Shown: positions 1-10,500 of the stretch, piece after piece
Numbering within the stretch: the first letter of the stretch is position 1
How the letters are laid out: each line of letters opens with the position of its first letter
Position numbers and translations under genes: made by a program
The notes under the pieces: generated by a model
The model's database searches: none
Seen by the model: the letters and a program-made list of their open reading frames with translations, nothing else
Told to the model about the DNA's origin: nothing
NCBI GenBank assembly: GCA_030640025.1
Contig: DAOWKC010000002.1
Location: 506,995 to 570,994 of the forward strand
Source of the DNA: Candidatus Woesearchaeota archaeon
GTDB taxonomy: Archaea; Nanobdellota; Nanobdellia; Woesearchaeales; JAGLXL01
DNA: 64,000 nt
Direction: 5' to 3'

Positions 1-110
1 TTTTTGATATTCCTGAAGAAGCCAGAATTTTAGAAGATTTAACACAAATGGGCCAAACTAAGAATAATTCAATTATTTTCAAAGAGAGGTTGCAGCCGGT
101 GTTTACATGA
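1..110 (+). CDS. 3' end of upstream gene (partial)
   Basis: Open frame from nt 3 (FDIPEEARIL...LQPVFT*); TGA 108-110 overlaps ATG 107 (ATGA coupling). Confidence 0.7.
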   Translation, partial: FDIPEEARILEDLTQMGQTKNNSIIFKERLQPVFT

Positions 111-3100
111 GCAAAGAAAAAGTGTTGAGGATGCTGTCGATTTTTGTAGCTGTTTTAGTGATAGCCCTGCCATTTTATATTTCTGATGTTCATGCCCAGT
201 CTTTGACAATTGTAAAAAATTCAGGCCAAGGTAATGTTGAAGATGCAGACGGTTCTGGTTATGCTAATCTAAGGAATGATATCTGGACATTGATTGTCAG
301 GGCAACAACTGGTTCAACAGTAACAGCAAACGAAGTTGATGTAAATGGGCTGACCTTTTCCCAATATCAGGGGACCTGCGCCCCAAGTGGAGCAGGAGGT
401 TATGGGTGCACCTATATTTTTGATTATTCAACTGGAGCGATGAGTCCAGAATACAAATATCCTATAGTTGTTGATTTATACAGCACTGGCAGAGCGCAAT
501 TACTGGCAACTACTTCTTCTACTTTGACAGTTGATGGTTCGGCGCCAGATGTTGTTGATTTAGAGATGAGGCAGAATCAAAATATGGTCGGCGTGACAAT
601 GACAGTTGAAGACCAGCCATTTGACTGCGCTGGCATTGGCAGGATAGAGGTTTATGATGGAGATACAGACACTTTGTTAAAAACTTTGCAAGGAAGTGAA
701 TTAGACAACCAATTAGATGACCAATGCGGTGAAAATGATATTTCAACATCAACTGTTTTTCCTTCAGCCGGCAGTATTTCTAAAACCGGCAAGATTAAGG
801 TTTATGACAGAGTAGGAAATGTGGTGACAGCTACTGATGATTTTGTTTTTGATTATACAAGTCCGGTTGTTTTTACCCAGACATTGAAGTTAGGTGAGTT
901 CAGCCAGTATATTCCTTCGGGCAATGCTTTTTTAGATATTTCAATCAATATTTCAGAAGACTGCGATGATTGTTTAACTGCTGAGGCAACTTCAACTGAT
1001 TGGGGATGGCTGGATGAGCCTGGTGTTTGTACTAAAGTAGATTATGATACTGGCATGTTTACCTGTGTCTGGGCCAATAAGAATATTCCTTTGGATGAAG
1101 ATGTTGAGTTGGATTTGGTGGTTTCAGACGGCGCTAATATTGTGAATCAGCATGTTTCTAAGAGCTTTACTTATGATTCAACTGATCCGGTAATTGCTTT
1201 TTTTGGTGCTGGTGAGCATGACGGCAAGATTTATGTTAATCCTGGATATAATGTAATTACGGCTATTTTTGATGAGCGCGAGAGCGGCATGGATGTTGAT
1301 TCTATTGAAGCTGACTTGCATGCGCTGGATCCGTTTAAAGGTGTAAGATTTCCTCCTGATAACTGCACTCTGTCAGGACATTTATGGACTTGTTATTGGT
1401 ATAATGTGGAGAATGTTGCAGATAGTTCAGTGGCCAAGATTCATTTAGTTCAAGCTAAGGATATGGTGGGCAATGCAGTTGATACAACTGCCGGCATTGC
1501 AACTGTGAATGCTGAATTAGATGATGTTGACCCAGTGATTCCTGAAGATGAAATACAGATATTTGCTTTAGGTCCTGAGGGAGCAGTGAGTTTTTATCAA
1601 AGCCAGGATATTTTAAAGATTGATTTTGTGGTTGAAGAAGACCAGGGGGTGGTGGCTAAGGTTGATTTGAATGATATTGTCAATCCAAATGAATTTATTG
1701 GTGTGATTCATGACAATGGTATAGTTGAGGCCAGCTGTACAGGAGGCAATGGGACTTATTCCTGCACTGCTTTAACACCTCGGATAAAAAGTTCTGATTC
1801 AAATGCTGAAATAGAAATTATTGTTACAGATACTGCTGGGAATATTGGCAGGAGGGTTTATGGCGGCATTGAAATTTTGGGGCAGTTGAGTGAAGCAAAT
1901 CCTAATCATTGGAAGGTCAAGGATATTGGAATTTCTATGTCTCCAAGCGGAGTGGATACAACAACAACTGATTTAGTTGCCCAGAGAGTTTTTGTCAGGA
2001 TTCCTTTGGAAAAAACAACACCTGAAGTTTCGATGCTGGGAAGCACTTTTGACAGCTGCACTAATGACGGCAATTTAGATAAAGGATTAATGGTCAATAA
2101 TATGTTTGCCTCAACAAATCCTTATTTAGTTTTAGAACTGAAAACATTTGATTCTTCTTCAATAGATGCTTTACGCATGAATTGCACAATCAATATTTTC
2201 AGTGAATTAAACGGCGATGCGATTATCAATGCTGAGAAAGAAACTTTTGAAGTAGAAATTCCATTTTATATGACTGAATTTGATTCTGAGCGGGCAAGTT
2301 TAGATGCCAAAATCGAAAAAGCTCGTGACAGAGCTGAAACTGGTTATTATAAGACAATTGGAGTTTTAACAGATATTATTATTTATGCCAAGTATGGCTG
2401 TATTGCAGTAAGTATTATCGATAGTCTCAGGCAATTGGTTGATATTGTAACAGCTGGGTTGGAAGTATTGAAACTAACTCCAGCTTCAGATAAAGCAAGA
2501 GCTGCGCAATGTAAAACAATGAAAGACGCAACAGCAAGTTTCGAAGACACAGCTTTAGAGGCGTTGGATAAATTATGTAAAATTGTTTCTTGTGAATTGG
2601 GATTAGTCAATGCTTTGCAAGAGGCGTTTTCAATTAAGGATGAAGATACTGGAAAGGTAAAACATGACCTTGATGGTTGGTGGAAAGACCATGTTTCAAC
2701 TCCAGCGCAAACTAATTACATGATGGCAACTGAAAAAGACGGCAAAAAACCAGCCAGTGCACGGATTGCAGAGTTTAGAGAAGAAGCAGGAGTTAATACA
2801 GACCCTTATTCAAATATTATCATGGCAGTAGTGCATCTTTGTGTACCGGCAATTATTTTCAATCTTGATAAATTAAGGCAGATAGAATGCCGTTATATTG
2901 ATTGTCTGGAAAATGATGTTAAAAATGGAGTGACAACTATAGATGCCTGCAAGGATTTGAAAAGATACCAGACATGCAAATATTGGATTGGCGGAGTTTT
3001 TTCATTAATACCTTATGTTGGATTGGTTGATGGGATTGTGGCAAAATTAAAAGGCATGTTAAAGGATCCAGTTGGATTGCTGGAATTTGTTTTGGTTTAT

Positions 3101-3262
3101 GGCTGCAATAAGCTTTGTGATGCTTCTAGTGTATCAGCTGTTATTTGCAGTTTTGTTTATGCTTTGAGCACTGTGTTGGATATTGCTAATGATATTGCAG
3201 CAATGGCAAGCCAATATAAAACTTTGAATGCAGATTATTGCTCGCAGGTTGGAATTAGCTAA
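107..3262 (+). CDS. Large secreted/membrane protein, Ig-like beta repeats plus Cys-rich helical C-terminal domain
   Basis: Signal peptide; repeated D-x-T/S-x-P-V and D-x-x-G-N Ig-like motifs; Cys-rich hydrophobic C-terminus. Confidence 0.75.
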   Translation: MSKEKVLRMLSIFVAVLVIALPFYISDVHAQSLTIVKNSGQGNVEDADGSGYANLRNDIWTLIVRATTGSTVTANEVDVNGLTFSQYQGTCAPSGAGGYGCTYIFDYSTGAMSPEYKYPIVVDLYSTGRAQLLATTSSTLTVDGSAPDVVDLEMRQNQNMVGVTMTVEDQPFDCAGIGRIEVYDGDTDTLLKTLQGSELDNQLDDQCGENDISTSTVFPSAGSISKTGKIKVYDRVGNVVTATDDFVFDYTSPVVFTQTLKLGEFSQYIPSGNAFLDISINISEDCDDCLTAEATSTDWGWLDEPGVCTKVDYDTGMFTCVWANKNIPLDEDVELDLVVSDGANIVNQHVSKSFTYDSTDPVIAFFGAGEHDGKIYVNPGYNVITAIFDERESGMDVDSIEADLHALDPFKGVRFPPDNCTLSGHLWTCYWYNVENVADSSVAKIHLVQAKDMVGNAVDTTAGIATVNAELDDVDPVIPEDEIQIFALGPEGAVSFYQSQDILKIDFVVEEDQGVVAKVDLNDIVNPNEFIGVIHDNGIVEASCTGGNGTYSCTALTPRIKSSDSNAEIEIIVTDTAGNIGRRVYGGIEILGQLSEANPNHWKVKDIGISMSPSGVDTTTTDLVAQRVFVRIPLEKTTPEVSMLGSTFDSCTNDGNLDKGLMVNNMFASTNPYLVLELKTFDSSSIDALRMNCTINIFSELNGDAIINAEKETFEVEIPFYMTEFDSERASLDAKIEKARDRAETGYYKTIGVLTDIIIYAKYGCIAVSIIDSLRQLVDIVTAGLEVLKLTPASDKARAAQCKTMKDATASFEDTALEALDKLCKIVSCELGLVNALQEAFSIKDEDTGKVKHDLDGWWKDHVSTPAQTNYMMATEKDGKKPASARIAEFREEAGVNTDPYSNIIMAVVHLCVPAIIFNLDKLRQIECRYIDCLENDVKNGVTTIDACKDLKRYQTCKYWIGGVFSLIPYVGLVDGIVAKLKGMLKDPVGLLEFVLVYGCNKLCDASSVSAVICSFVYALSTVLDIANDIAAMASQYKTLNADYCSQVGIS

Positions 3263-3263
3263 A

Positions 3264-4697
3264 ATGGAAAGAAAACATTATGTTTTAGTGTGGGTTTTGC
3301 TAGTTGTGGGGCTATTGGTTTTGACGATTTATTTTGAAGGCGGTATTAGCGGGGCAGCTGTTAGTGGGGAGGAATATTCAGCAACATTTACTCCGGCAGG
3401 AGCAGAAAGAGACCCTTATCATCCTATTTATAAGACAAATGACGGACAAACTTGGCGTGTGTTTGTAGGTGGTCGAATGGGAGGAACATTGACGACTCAG
3501 CAATTGCAAAGTCAATATAATCATCCGACTGATAGGAGTAATATTGAAACAGCGATTGCTGCTAGTTCTGGTGGAGGAGCTGCAGGAGGAGGACAACCAG
3601 CACCACAACCAGCTGCAGCACCACAACCAGCTGCAGGTGGTGGTGGAGTTGTAGGAACTGGTCATGGATGGGCTTCTGAGATTGGAGGGAAGATTTATGA
3701 AACAGATGATGGGCAAACTTGGTATGAAGTTCAAAATAACCAGAGAACTGTAAACACCCAGACAACTAAGCAATTAGATGGTTTAGCATCAGAGGATGAA
3801 AAAGGCGATCTATGGCTGACTTCTGCTAGGGCAGCTGCTGCAAGCAGCAGCCAGGCACGAAGACAGGCACAAGAACCATTTGTAACACAGTTTGCAAATG
3901 AATTAGGAGAAGCTTTGGGAACTTATGATTCAAAACATGACCTGTCTAATTTATTTTTTGACAGTAATGACAAAGCTGATTACCGCGATGAGGTTGATAG
4001 TTTTTTTGCCACTAATTATTTAGGATTAGAATACTATGAATCAGCTTTGTGCGCTCAGTGGTATCCGATTGAGGATGATACTATAGCCCGGACAGAAACT
4101 CCAGATGGTTATTACCAGTTTTTAGGAAAGGTTCAAGGAGACCGTTCAGAACCTCTGCCAGTGATTTGTTCAACTCGGCAAGATTGCATTGACCAAATTC
4201 ATTTATCAGAAGCAGTTTGTAGTAACGGCCTTTGTAAAGTTAACAACCAAGTAAGACAAATGTATTTTTACAAGCTGACTGGTTCAGTCAGAGCTCCGAG
4301 TGATATAGAATTGACTCCTCATTTAGATGAAGATGGAGCAATATCATTCAATATTATTTTAAAAAGTAATGAAGGTCTAATGGTCCCTTTATTTTTACAA
4401 TATATTGAGTTAAAAAATGGAGAATTATGGCAATTAAACTTAGCTCCTTTTTATTCCAGCAAAAGATATGATGAAGTCTGCCTTTGGTTTGGAAAAAGGC
4501 CAAAGACTGTTAAAAGAAATCCAGTGGGACAGTCTTTTGTTCCTTTGCTTAATCTCAGGGGAGGAGGAGATGAAATAGTGGATGAATTCTGCAGTCCTTT
4601 GCCTGGAACCCAAAGAAGCTATAATAACGCCAACAATAATCCTGCTCCAAGTGGAGCAGTAGTTTCAGGAAGTAATTTAAACACAGGGATTTATTGA
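3264..4697 (+). CDS. Membrane-anchored exported protein with internal repeat (IYxTxDGQTW x2) and Gly/Pro/Ala linker
   Basis: ATG 3264 right after upstream stop; N-terminal TM followed by ISGAAV; PQPAAA tandem repeat. Confidence 0.7.
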   Translation: MERKHYVLVWVLLVVGLLVLTIYFEGGISGAAVSGEEYSATFTPAGAERDPYHPIYKTNDGQTWRVFVGGRMGGTLTTQQLQSQYNHPTDRSNIETAIAASSGGGAAGGGQPAPQPAAAPQPAAGGGGVVGTGHGWASEIGGKIYETDDGQTWYEVQNNQRTVNTQTTKQLDGLASEDEKGDLWLTSARAAAASSSQARRQAQEPFVTQFANELGEALGTYDSKHDLSNLFFDSNDKADYRDEVDSFFATNYLGLEYYESALCAQWYPIEDDTIARTETPDGYYQFLGKVQGDRSEPLPVICSTRQDCIDQIHLSEAVCSNGLCKVNNQVRQMYFYKLTGSVRAPSDIELTPHLDEDGAISFNIILKSNEGLMVPLFLQYIELKNGELWQLNLAPFYSSKRYDEVCLWFGKRPKTVKRNPVGQSFVPLLNLRGGGDEIVDEFCSPLPGTQRSYNNANNNPAPSGAVVSGSNLNTGIY

Positions 4698-4698
4698 A

Positions 4699-5502
4699 AT
4701 GGCACATTGGAATAATTTTATCAAAAGTTTCAGGAAACTCAAGAAGAATTTTATTTATATTTTCTTAAGCAACGGCCTTTATGTATTTTTAGTTGTTTTA
4801 TTTTATGAGCTAATCCAAAAACTTTTGTCTTGGCAAGGCAGTAATTTTACCCAAGGCAAGTCAGCAGAAGAGATTAATTCATTTCTTTTATCAGCAACTT
4901 CTGAGCAACTGGAGGGAATGCTGGCTGAATTGAAAATATATCTAGCAACAATTTTTAGCTCTTATTTACTTTATTTGATTTTGATTATTGTTTTATTTTC
5001 TTTAAGCCAGGCTTTGATCTGGCATCTTTTGATGGGCAAGAAATTAAGTAAAAAACATTTTTGGAAATGGAATGTGTTTACTTTGATTATGGCGCCTGTT
5101 TTTTTGATCAGTCTGTTTTTGTTTTTGGGAGTAAAATTTCTAATCTTGTTTTTGATTAAGGGAATAAACGTCAATGTTTTTATGACCATCAACCAGATTT
5201 TTAATTTGGTTTATTTGCTGGCGTTTGTTTATTTCTTTTTTATACTTTGCAGCCGGTTGACTTTAACTAATGAGATTTTTATTTCATTTAAGAGGACTTT
5301 TGGAGTTATTAAACAGAAATTTAAGGAGTTAAGTATTTCCTTTTTATTTGCTTTTTTAGTGGCAGTTGTGCTGTCGGTAATTTCAATTTTAATCTTTACT
5401 GGCATACCATCCCTTTTGCCTTATTTGCTTTATGTTAACCTTGCAGTTGTACTTATTTTCTTGGCTTGGTTGAGCATTTATTTAGCTGATTTTGTTAACT
5501 AA
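4699..5502 (+). CDS. Polytopic membrane protein (similar layout to 17348-18127)
   Basis: About 6 hydrophobic segments. Confidence 0.7.
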   Translation: MAHWNNFIKSFRKLKKNFIYIFLSNGLYVFLVVLFYELIQKLLSWQGSNFTQGKSAEEINSFLLSATSEQLEGMLAELKIYLATIFSSYLLYLILIIVLFSLSQALIWHLLMGKKLSKKHFWKWNVFTLIMAPVFLISLFLFLGVKFLILFLIKGINVNVFMTINQIFNLVYLLAFVYFFFILCSRLTLTNEIFISFKRTFGVIKQKFKELSISFLFAFLVAVVLSVISILIFTGIPSLLPYLLYVNLAVVLIFLAWLSIYLADFVN

Positions 5503-5529
5503 AGTAAACAAGTGTTTACAAAAGTGAAC

Positions 5530-5577
5530 AAATCCAGCGAAAATAAAGATTTTCTGGGTTTTACTTTAAAAAATCCA
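5530..5577. repeat. X-hairpin-X'-hairpin-X element (X=AAATCCA)
   Basis: AAATCCA 5530-36, GAAAAT-AAAG-ATTTTC, TGGGTTT 5555-61, TTA-CTT-TAA, AAATCCA 5571-77. Confidence 0.55.
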
Positions 5578-5619
5578 AACTTTTATAAATAGAAAAACAA
5601 TCTTAAAGTGGGTATTAGA

Positions 5620-5699
5620 ATGAAAAAGAGGTAGCGGGTAAACCAGTTTACCCTGACCATCTTTTTCATAATTTAGGGAATCAGAATATGAAAAAGAGG
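5620..5699. repeat. X-hairpin-X'-spacer-X element duplicating the start of the downstream gene
   Basis: ATGAAAAAGAGG at 5620 and 5688; inverted copy CCATCTTTTTCAT 5657-69; hairpin GGGTAAAC-CA-GTTTACCC between. Confidence 0.7.
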
Positions 5700-7583
5700 G
5701 GACAGATTACAATATTCATAATCCTAGGTATACTTCTATTAATTGCCATTGCGTTGATAGTTATTTTTAGAAGGGAAATAACTGTTTTTCAACCAGAAAG
5801 AGTATTGCCGCCAGAATTAGCACCAGTAGCAAGTTATGGTGACAATTGTTTAGAGGCAGTGGTGATGGATGGTTTACATTTAATGGGGGCGCAAGGCGGT
5901 TATATTTATTTTCCGTCAGAGATAGAAAATAATCCTTTGTCTTATATTGATACAGGCCTTAAAATTCCTTATTGGCAGTATATTACAGACAATAGAATTC
6001 CTTCTTTAGGTTTAATGGAGGCTCATCTAAGCAGATATATTGAAGAACATATCAATGATTGTTTAGAGGGTTTTGAGCCTTTTCAGGATCAATATGATTT
6101 TATCCAAAAGGGAGCTGTAGAAGCAGAGACAACAATTGGGGATGTTAATGTGGTTGTTGAGATGGAATATCCTTTTGAGGTGGTCAATAAAGAAGGAACA
6201 AAAATTACTGATTTGGATTCTTTTAAAGTGATTCTGCCAGTTAAACTGAAAAGAGTTTATGAAGTGGCCAAACAAATCATGGAGACAGAGTCTGAAGACA
6301 ATAAACTAGAAAAAGTTACTATTGATTTGATTTCACTTGACCCTGAAATTCCAATTTCTGGTTTTGAATTAAGCTGCTCCCAGAAGATCTGGCAGGTAAA
6401 TGAAGTTGAAAGCAAATTAAAAACTTTGCTGAGGACAAACCTGCCTTTAATCAGAGTTGATAAAACTAGTTATGCAGCTGTACCTGATGACCAGCCTTAT
6501 ATCCTGAATCATTTTGTCTGGGATGTGACTGAGTCAACTTATCGGGATATCAAAGCATCAATTCAATTTAATGAAATCAATCCTTTGATGATGGCGGTAA
6601 CACCTCGAGACGGCAATTTGCTGAAAAGCGGAATGCAGCAAGGGCAGGATATAGCTTCTTTTGTCTGCATGCAGATGTGGAAATTTACTTATGATGTGCA
6701 ATATACTGTGGTGGTTGCTGTTGAAGACGTGGAAAATAATTTTGCACTTAATTTTGGTTTTAATGTTCAAGTCAAGGACAACAGGCCGAGCAGGGATATC
6801 TTGGGTGCGGCCACCCAAACCTTTGTCCAGTATGATGCAACTGCTGAGGCTTATTGTGCAGAAGAGAATAAGTATGGAAATTATAATATGAAAATCTATA
6901 CTTATGACAATGTTTCTGACCCAACTTTGGGAGAAAGCAGTTTCCCAATCCATAATGTTGACATTACTTTTACTTGTTTGAAATTTAAATGTGAGATGGG
7001 CAAGACAAAGTTTGAACAAGGCGGTGCTATTTCAGTTTTGGAAGCACGATTTCCATATTGTGTCAATGGTATTTTACGAGCCAATAAAGAAGGTTATCAA
7101 GAGACCTTTGAATTTGTAACAACTGTGCCGGGCAAAGAAGTGAGTTTGTATTTGAAACCACTGCATATAATTGATAAATATTCTGTTGTCAAACACGAAC
7201 TAGTTAATGGTGTATTGTCAGCTGCCCAGCCTTTGGCAGAAGGGGAAAGCGCCTTTATTACTATCAAATATGTTGAAAATGAAACGATTAAGCATTCAAC
7301 CAGTGGAGCATATCCAGCAATATTAGACGGTGAATTGCAGCCAATTGAATTATTGGCAGAAGCTGATTTTACTTATGACCTTGAAGTTTATTTAATGGAT
7401 GACGAAGATTTGATTGGCGGTTTTAACAGTGCCTGGACACCGCTTTGGACTGATTTAGGCGGCTCAGATGAGATTGTTTTCCATGTGGTTGAGGTGGGAG
7501 CGCCAGTGTCAGAGCAACAAACTTTGAGTTTTTTAAATAATATCAAAACCTATTCAAGTCAAATAATTCCTGAATTAAAATGA
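5688..7583 (+). CDS. Large protein with archaeal class III (type IV pilin-like) signal peptide
   Basis: MKKRG/QITIFIILGILLL prepilin-peptidase motif followed by hydrophobic helix. Confidence 0.75.
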   Translation: MKKRGQITIFIILGILLLIAIALIVIFRREITVFQPERVLPPELAPVASYGDNCLEAVVMDGLHLMGAQGGYIYFPSEIENNPLSYIDTGLKIPYWQYITDNRIPSLGLMEAHLSRYIEEHINDCLEGFEPFQDQYDFIQKGAVEAETTIGDVNVVVEMEYPFEVVNKEGTKITDLDSFKVILPVKLKRVYEVAKQIMETESEDNKLEKVTIDLISLDPEIPISGFELSCSQKIWQVNEVESKLKTLLRTNLPLIRVDKTSYAAVPDDQPYILNHFVWDVTESTYRDIKASIQFNEINPLMMAVTPRDGNLLKSGMQQGQDIASFVCMQMWKFTYDVQYTVVVAVEDVENNFALNFGFNVQVKDNRPSRDILGAATQTFVQYDATAEAYCAEENKYGNYNMKIYTYDNVSDPTLGESSFPIHNVDITFTCLKFKCEMGKTKFEQGGAISVLEARFPYCVNGILRANKEGYQETFEFVTTVPGKEVSLYLKPLHIIDKYSVVKHELVNGVLSAAQPLAEGESAFITIKYVENETIKHSTSGAYPAILDGELQPIELLAEADFTYDLEVYLMDDEDLIGGFNSAWTPLWTDLGGSDEIVFHVVEVGAPVSEQQTLSFLNNIKTYSSQIIPELK

Positions 7584-10500
7584 TGGTGAAAAAATTGGCG
7601 ACAGTGTTTTGTCTGATTTTACTAGTTTTGATGCCCATGGTTTATGCTCAAGGTACTGGAACAACTTTGTCGCCAGTGATTGAGGTCCTTTTGCCTAATT
7701 TTTACAACCAAGCCAGGATTGATATCACTGGAACAACTGAAGCTGGAACAGATATCAGACTTTTTGTCAATGACCAGTTAATAAGGACGACAATCACATC
7801 AACTGAAAGTTTTACTTTTAATTCAGTAACACTAAATCCAAATGCCAATAATATTATTAGAATTGATGGCTATCTGAACAATAACTTTAATTCCAGGACG
7901 TATAATGTTTTTGTGGATTTGGTTGACCCAGAAATTCATCTGGCAAATCCACTGCCAGCTGTTTTAGATGTAACGAGTTTGACAATTGACGGCCTGATGA
8001 CAGAAGCAGTTGATTTTGAGATTTTATTGAATGATGAGGATGTTTATAATCTGTCGCAGGCAACTTCTTTTAATTATTTAGCTAATTTTCCAGAGGGAGC
8101 TAATAATCTAAAGTTTATTGCAGTGGATCCAGCCGGCAATCAAGTTACTGATGAGTATACTATTAATATTGATACTCAGCCGCCTACTCTGACTGATGTT
8201 TCACCTCTTGAAGATTCTCCATTTTATTATGAGGGCAGGGCAATTGATGATGTGACTGGCAAGACAGAGCCAGGAGCCAGGGTGTATATGTTTGTTGTTT
8301 CAAGTTCTGTCAGAGACCTAGGGGATTTAACTGCAGCCAGGATAGAGGAGTTAGCCCAGTACAGAGTGACAGCTGATTCAAACGGTGATTTTAGATTTGA
8401 TGATGTTGATTTTGAACATCCTTTGCCAACTGTTGAAAGTTTAGCTCCGCAGCAAGTTTCACCTTCTCAGCAAGGGGTGGCGGTTCAAGGCCTGCAGACA
8501 GATGACAGGGCAGTCAAGATTTACATGGTAGTTAAAGACCAAGTGGGATTGACAGCACAGCAGATGTATACTGTGAATTTAGGGTCTTGTTTTTCAGGCA
8601 GTTTTGATTTTACAATCACTGCGCCGATTGAATACCAAACTCCGGCATTATTAAGCCCATCTCGTTTAGAGGAAGGCACTGAAATCATTACTTTTGTTTT
8701 GGGTTTGGAGTATCGGGGAAGAGCTGCTAGAAATAGAGCAAATTATACTGACCCTAATCCTGATAATTACTGGGAGATTGACAGTGTCAGGGTTGAACCA
8801 GCCTGCCGAAGTGATTTGTTTTTGGACAGGGAGCCTTCTTACAAATATGCCTGCCAAATCATGGGCAGGACTCCAAATATCCAGCAACAGATTGATTTAG
8901 CCAAGTCTAATTGGTATTTTAGATATAATCTAGGGGCAACTTCCCAGTTTACAAATGCGAGCGAAGAGTTTTGGGAATCATTTAAAGATAATGAGATGAA
9001 ATTTCCTCTGCAAGTGATTGTGACTTATAATGAAAAACTGCCTGGCAAGGATTTGGTTTCCAAAACACAGACAGTCTGCCGGGAAGTTGCTTATTTTGTT
9101 GATATTCCAGTTGATCCAAAAAAGGTTTTGCCTGATTGGATGCTGCTGCAAGGCCGGAGAGATATAAACAATACAATCCACGCAATTGACAAGGTGATTG
9201 AGCCTTTGGACAAGGCGATTCGATATATTGGCTTGACTTGTCTAGGGGGGGCTGCTTTAAGGTTTGCTTTACAGGTTGTGAGACGGTTCCAACAGACCTG
9301 GGCAATTCAGAGCTGTAAGTTAGAAGCAGCTCAATCTACTGGATCATCAAAACCATATATTTGTTATATTGAAAATAAAGAAATTCTTGAGAAGTGTTAT
9401 TATATTACTAAAAGCGGCAAGAAACCAATTCCTACTGATGACGTTAGCAAGGAAGCTTTAAGTTGTCCTGTGGAAGCACCTCTTCAGGAAGGTGTTACAG
9501 TAGATGCTGAAGCAGCAGATCCAAGTAAACCAGCTAATCTAGCGAATTCACAAAACGCCAAGCATTTTTCAGGTGTGAGCGGTACTTGGAATTCAGAAGG
9601 AACTCTTTATACATTATATCGTTATGTTTGTGACAGGACTTTCTGTCATGCAGCACCTGCTAAATGGACGCAGAAGGAATCTGTGGCTTTAATCAGACAA
9701 CAAAAGTATAAGGAAAGGATGTGTTCGCCAGATTCTTCAACTGCAAGATTTTTGACGCCAATTGATAATTGTTATGAAACACACAGTAAACAAGGCAATC
9801 TGGCACTAGATGTGACTAAAGCCCAGATACCACAGAATCGCTGTTATGCTTTAGGCAATGAACTTTATGTTGTCAATAAAGATAACAAAAATGAATTATT
9901 AAGGGTTGATAAGCAGGCAGGCGGTTTAACAAGACGTAAAAAAATATCTGCGGTTCAGAAAGGCAATACTTTCTATACTTCAGATGACAGAACATGTTCA
10001 CAAGCCTGTAATGAAAAAGGAGGAGAAGGTTGGGATGCTCAATGTTTTACAGGTCCAAAAGCAATTCCTAAGGCTCAGCAAGGTTTGTGGTATCATTATG
10101 GTCCGACTACGGATTGTTTTTTGATAACAGGAGAATGCTACTGCAAGCAAGCTCAAGAGAAAAAATGGGATGAAGAAAAAAAACAGTATAAAACTTGGGT
10201 GGCTGGGTTGGAAGAAGGCGGTGAGGTAAAATATTATGCTCCACCATTAGAAGGAGGAATATTATCAGATCAACCACAGCCTTTAGAGCCTTTAGAAGAA
10301 GCAGGTGAATGGCCATGGTCATACAGGCAGTGGCAGATTTACAGGACTTCTAATGGGCAACGAGGAGTTTATTATCCGCCAGAAAGATATTATTCTGGCA
10401 GAGACCAATCAGCTGCTTTTGGCATGAATTATCTGCCGGATTTGATTTTTGGCACTAGGACAACAGAAGTAAATCCGTTTACACAACATATTGGTGCAAT

